Notes under the pieces: generated by a model
Told to the model about the DNA's origin: nothing
Database searches by the model: none
What the model saw: the letters and a program-made list of their open reading frames with translations, nothing else
In this document: positions 62,274 to 64,000 of the stretch, piece by piece
Numbering within the stretch: position 1 is the stretch's first letter
Layout of the letters: every line of letters starts with the position of its first letter
NCBI GenBank assembly: GCA_963691875.1
Contig: OY829846.1
Location: forward strand, 1,920,001-1,984,000
DNA from: Aureliella sp.
GTDB taxonomy: Bacteria; Planctomycetota; Planctomycetia; Pirellulales; Pirellulaceae
DNA length: 64,000 bases
Direction of reading: 5' to 3'
Translations under genes and position numbers: made by a program

Positions 62274-63485
62274 CTACCTTGCCTCATCGCCGTCTCGAGC
62301 GGCAGTACGCGACCCAGGTGCATCAGTCTGTTTATAAGCCGAGCCGCGTTGATAAATCTTAAGTCGCTCGGCAAACTCCTCGCGTTCTTCCTGATCCTCA
62401 GAGAGCTCGATCGCCTCTGACTGCAACTTGGAAGCGTCACGTGTCTTGCCCGTTGCGGCTGTCGCGGCAGCAAGCGTGTCAACGCTTCGAGCATTGCGAC
62501 CTGACAATTCGATCGCTCGCTTCGCTGCTGCCAAGGCCAACTCCGCATTGCGCACCGACCTTTGAGGACAAGTCGCCATCAGCCAAGCAGCGTTTTGATA
62601 GGCTCGAGCATTCTTATTGTCCGCTCCCACAGCCGCCTGATAGGAAGCCGCCGACTCGGTCCAACGACCAAGATACTGATAGGCGTCCGCCAAGTCAGTA
62701 TGAAATGTCGAGTCGTCCTTGGCGATCTGGGTTGCTTGCATATAGTCTTCGAGCGACTCATCGTAGCGTTCCAGCATAAACAGACTGTGTGCCCTGCTAT
62801 TGTAAAACTGAGGGTCCTCGGCATCCAATTGAATCGCCCGCTCATAATTTTTTACGGCCGATTCATACTGACCGATCTCAAAATACAGCTCGCCTCGATT
62901 GAAGTGAGAGTTTGCGTACTTCGGTTGCAACCCAATGGCTTTGTCCAATTCATTAATCGCCGATTCGTATTGCCCGTTCATGGCCAAGGAGATCGCATAG
63001 TTGTGGTGTGTCCGCCAATTTCTTGAATCGTACTCAATCGCTTTCTTGAAGTCCTCTGCGGCAAGGCCGTCCAACTTCTCTGCTTCGTCAAGCATGTTTG
63101 CTGTAACCAATTGCGCCGCCCGATCGTTTCGAAGCTCGCCGCGTCGATTCAATCCCCATGCGATCAAGCTGCGAGCATAGTTGACATCCGCCCTAGATCT
63201 CAGGTTCGAGCGTTCGATCTGCTGGCAAGCCCTGACAATGTTGGATACCTTCTGCTCGGTTTTTGCAGTTTTGGTCGCTTGGTAGATCTTCAGCAAGTCT
63301 TGAGAGACTGACGTGGTTGCTGCCTTCTGTGACGTGGTTGGAGCCGTCCGAGTCGATGTGACTGCGCGATTCGAACCCGACTGACGCTGATTGCGACTTT
63401 GGAAGGTCTGTGCGACGAGAGAATTTTGAGTGGCAAACAAAATTGCCAAAAGAGCAAGAAGCGATTTGTTTCGAGCTTGATACAT
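62274..63485 (-). CDS. Secreted tetratricopeptide-repeat protein
   Basis: Signal peptide; THHNYAISL, SHFNRGELY, FYNSRA, AYQNAAWLMATCP, DTLAAA. Confidence 0.88.
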   Translation of the reverse strand: MYQARNKSLLALLAILFATQNSLVAQTFQSRNQRQSGSNRAVTSTRTAPTTSQKAATTSVSQDLLKIYQATKTAKTEQKVSNIVRACQQIERSNLRSRADVNYARSLIAWGLNRRGELRNDRAAQLVTANMLDEAEKLDGLAAEDFKKAIEYDSRNWRTHHNYAISLAMNGQYESAINELDKAIGLQPKYANSHFNRGELYFEIGQYESAVKNYERAIQLDAEDPQFYNSRAHSLFMLERYDESLEDYMQATQIAKDDSTFHTDLADAYQYLGRWTESAASYQAAVGADNKNARAYQNAAWLMATCPQRSVRNAELALAAAKRAIELSGRNARSVDTLAAATAATGKTRDASKLQSEAIELSEDQEEREEFAERLKIYQRGSAYKQTDAPGSRTAARDGDEAR

Positions 63486-64000
63486 CAAAAAGTTCCGTTT
63501 GCCACTGCACGCGATTTTAGGGATACGATGCCGTAAAGTAGTACCATCTCGACTTGCTCCTCCGAAAGGTGAATTCCCATCTGAACTTGCTAGCAATCGA
63601 CAATTCCGCACGCTCGAATGCCCTCTTGACGATGTAATGAGTCACGCTCAGTTCCGCAATTCAGGGCTTCTAGATGCTTATGCAATCCAAAGATGCTGAG
63701 TGAACGAAAAAAGCTGGATGACGAAAGCGTGCAAAGCCACCCTGAAAATTGACCTGGGTTATACTTTCGCAACCATGGTGCTGCAGTTCGTAGTGGCAAA
63801 TTGGATGAACGAGGTGAAACCGCCAGGAGTTCCAATCAGTGGCATTCAGGTCCAGTTTGCAGCCATTGGCTTCTGTATCGCTTCTTTCTTTTGCTGGCTT
63901 GGGTTCGATCGCTATGGGCTTCGCTGGCACTCGTGCCGGAAACATGCTGCATATCCCTTCGCCCATTTTATCCTGGTTTTCGTTCTCTTTTTTGTAGGTT

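Noticed and set aside
63670..63966. 98-aa ORF at the right edge
   Set aside because: No recognisable motif and context is cut off
1..64000. CRISPR arrays, tRNA/rRNA, IS elements, prophage
   Set aside because: No regularly spaced repeats, tRNA-like cloverleafs, transposase, integrase or phage genes recognised by eye; a computational scan would be needed to exclude them fully

Overview
Gene-dense chromosomal window from a planctomycete, most likely Pirellulales. The evidence is a DUF1559 prepilin-like gene, a giant surface protein with a planctomycete 'LExRxLLA'-type leader, a double-length UvrA, multi-CxxCH cytochromes and BamB/PQQ-like propellers. I found no rRNA, tRNA, CRISPR array or transposase. 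Ordinary content includes a Flp pilin, scpA, a NUDIX hydrolase, a MoxR-DUF58-transglutaminase operon, an RluA-family gene, uvrA, rsfS, a Tm-1/TIM-barrel pair and an NRAMP-like transporter. The strongest candidate for an undescribed system is a TPR-ExbB-ExbD operon translationally coupled to a protein built like TonB (TM helix with SxxxH plus a long Pro/Glu spacer) whose C-terminus is a prenyltransferase/squalene-cyclase-like alpha/alpha barrel. An HTTM/SdpA-like pair and a secretin-fragment-like protein follow it on the same strand. Other highlights: a PQQ dehydrogenase-ankyrin-propeller fusion upstream of a six-heme cytochrome; a consensus sigma-54 promoter linking a two-component system to a DUF1559 gene; a His-less hybrid kinase beside a kinase pseudogene; a metzincin-motif surface protein with duplicated cohesin-like domains plus a dockerin-like module; and several REP-like palindromes. 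All family names come from motif recognition by eye, not from database searches.
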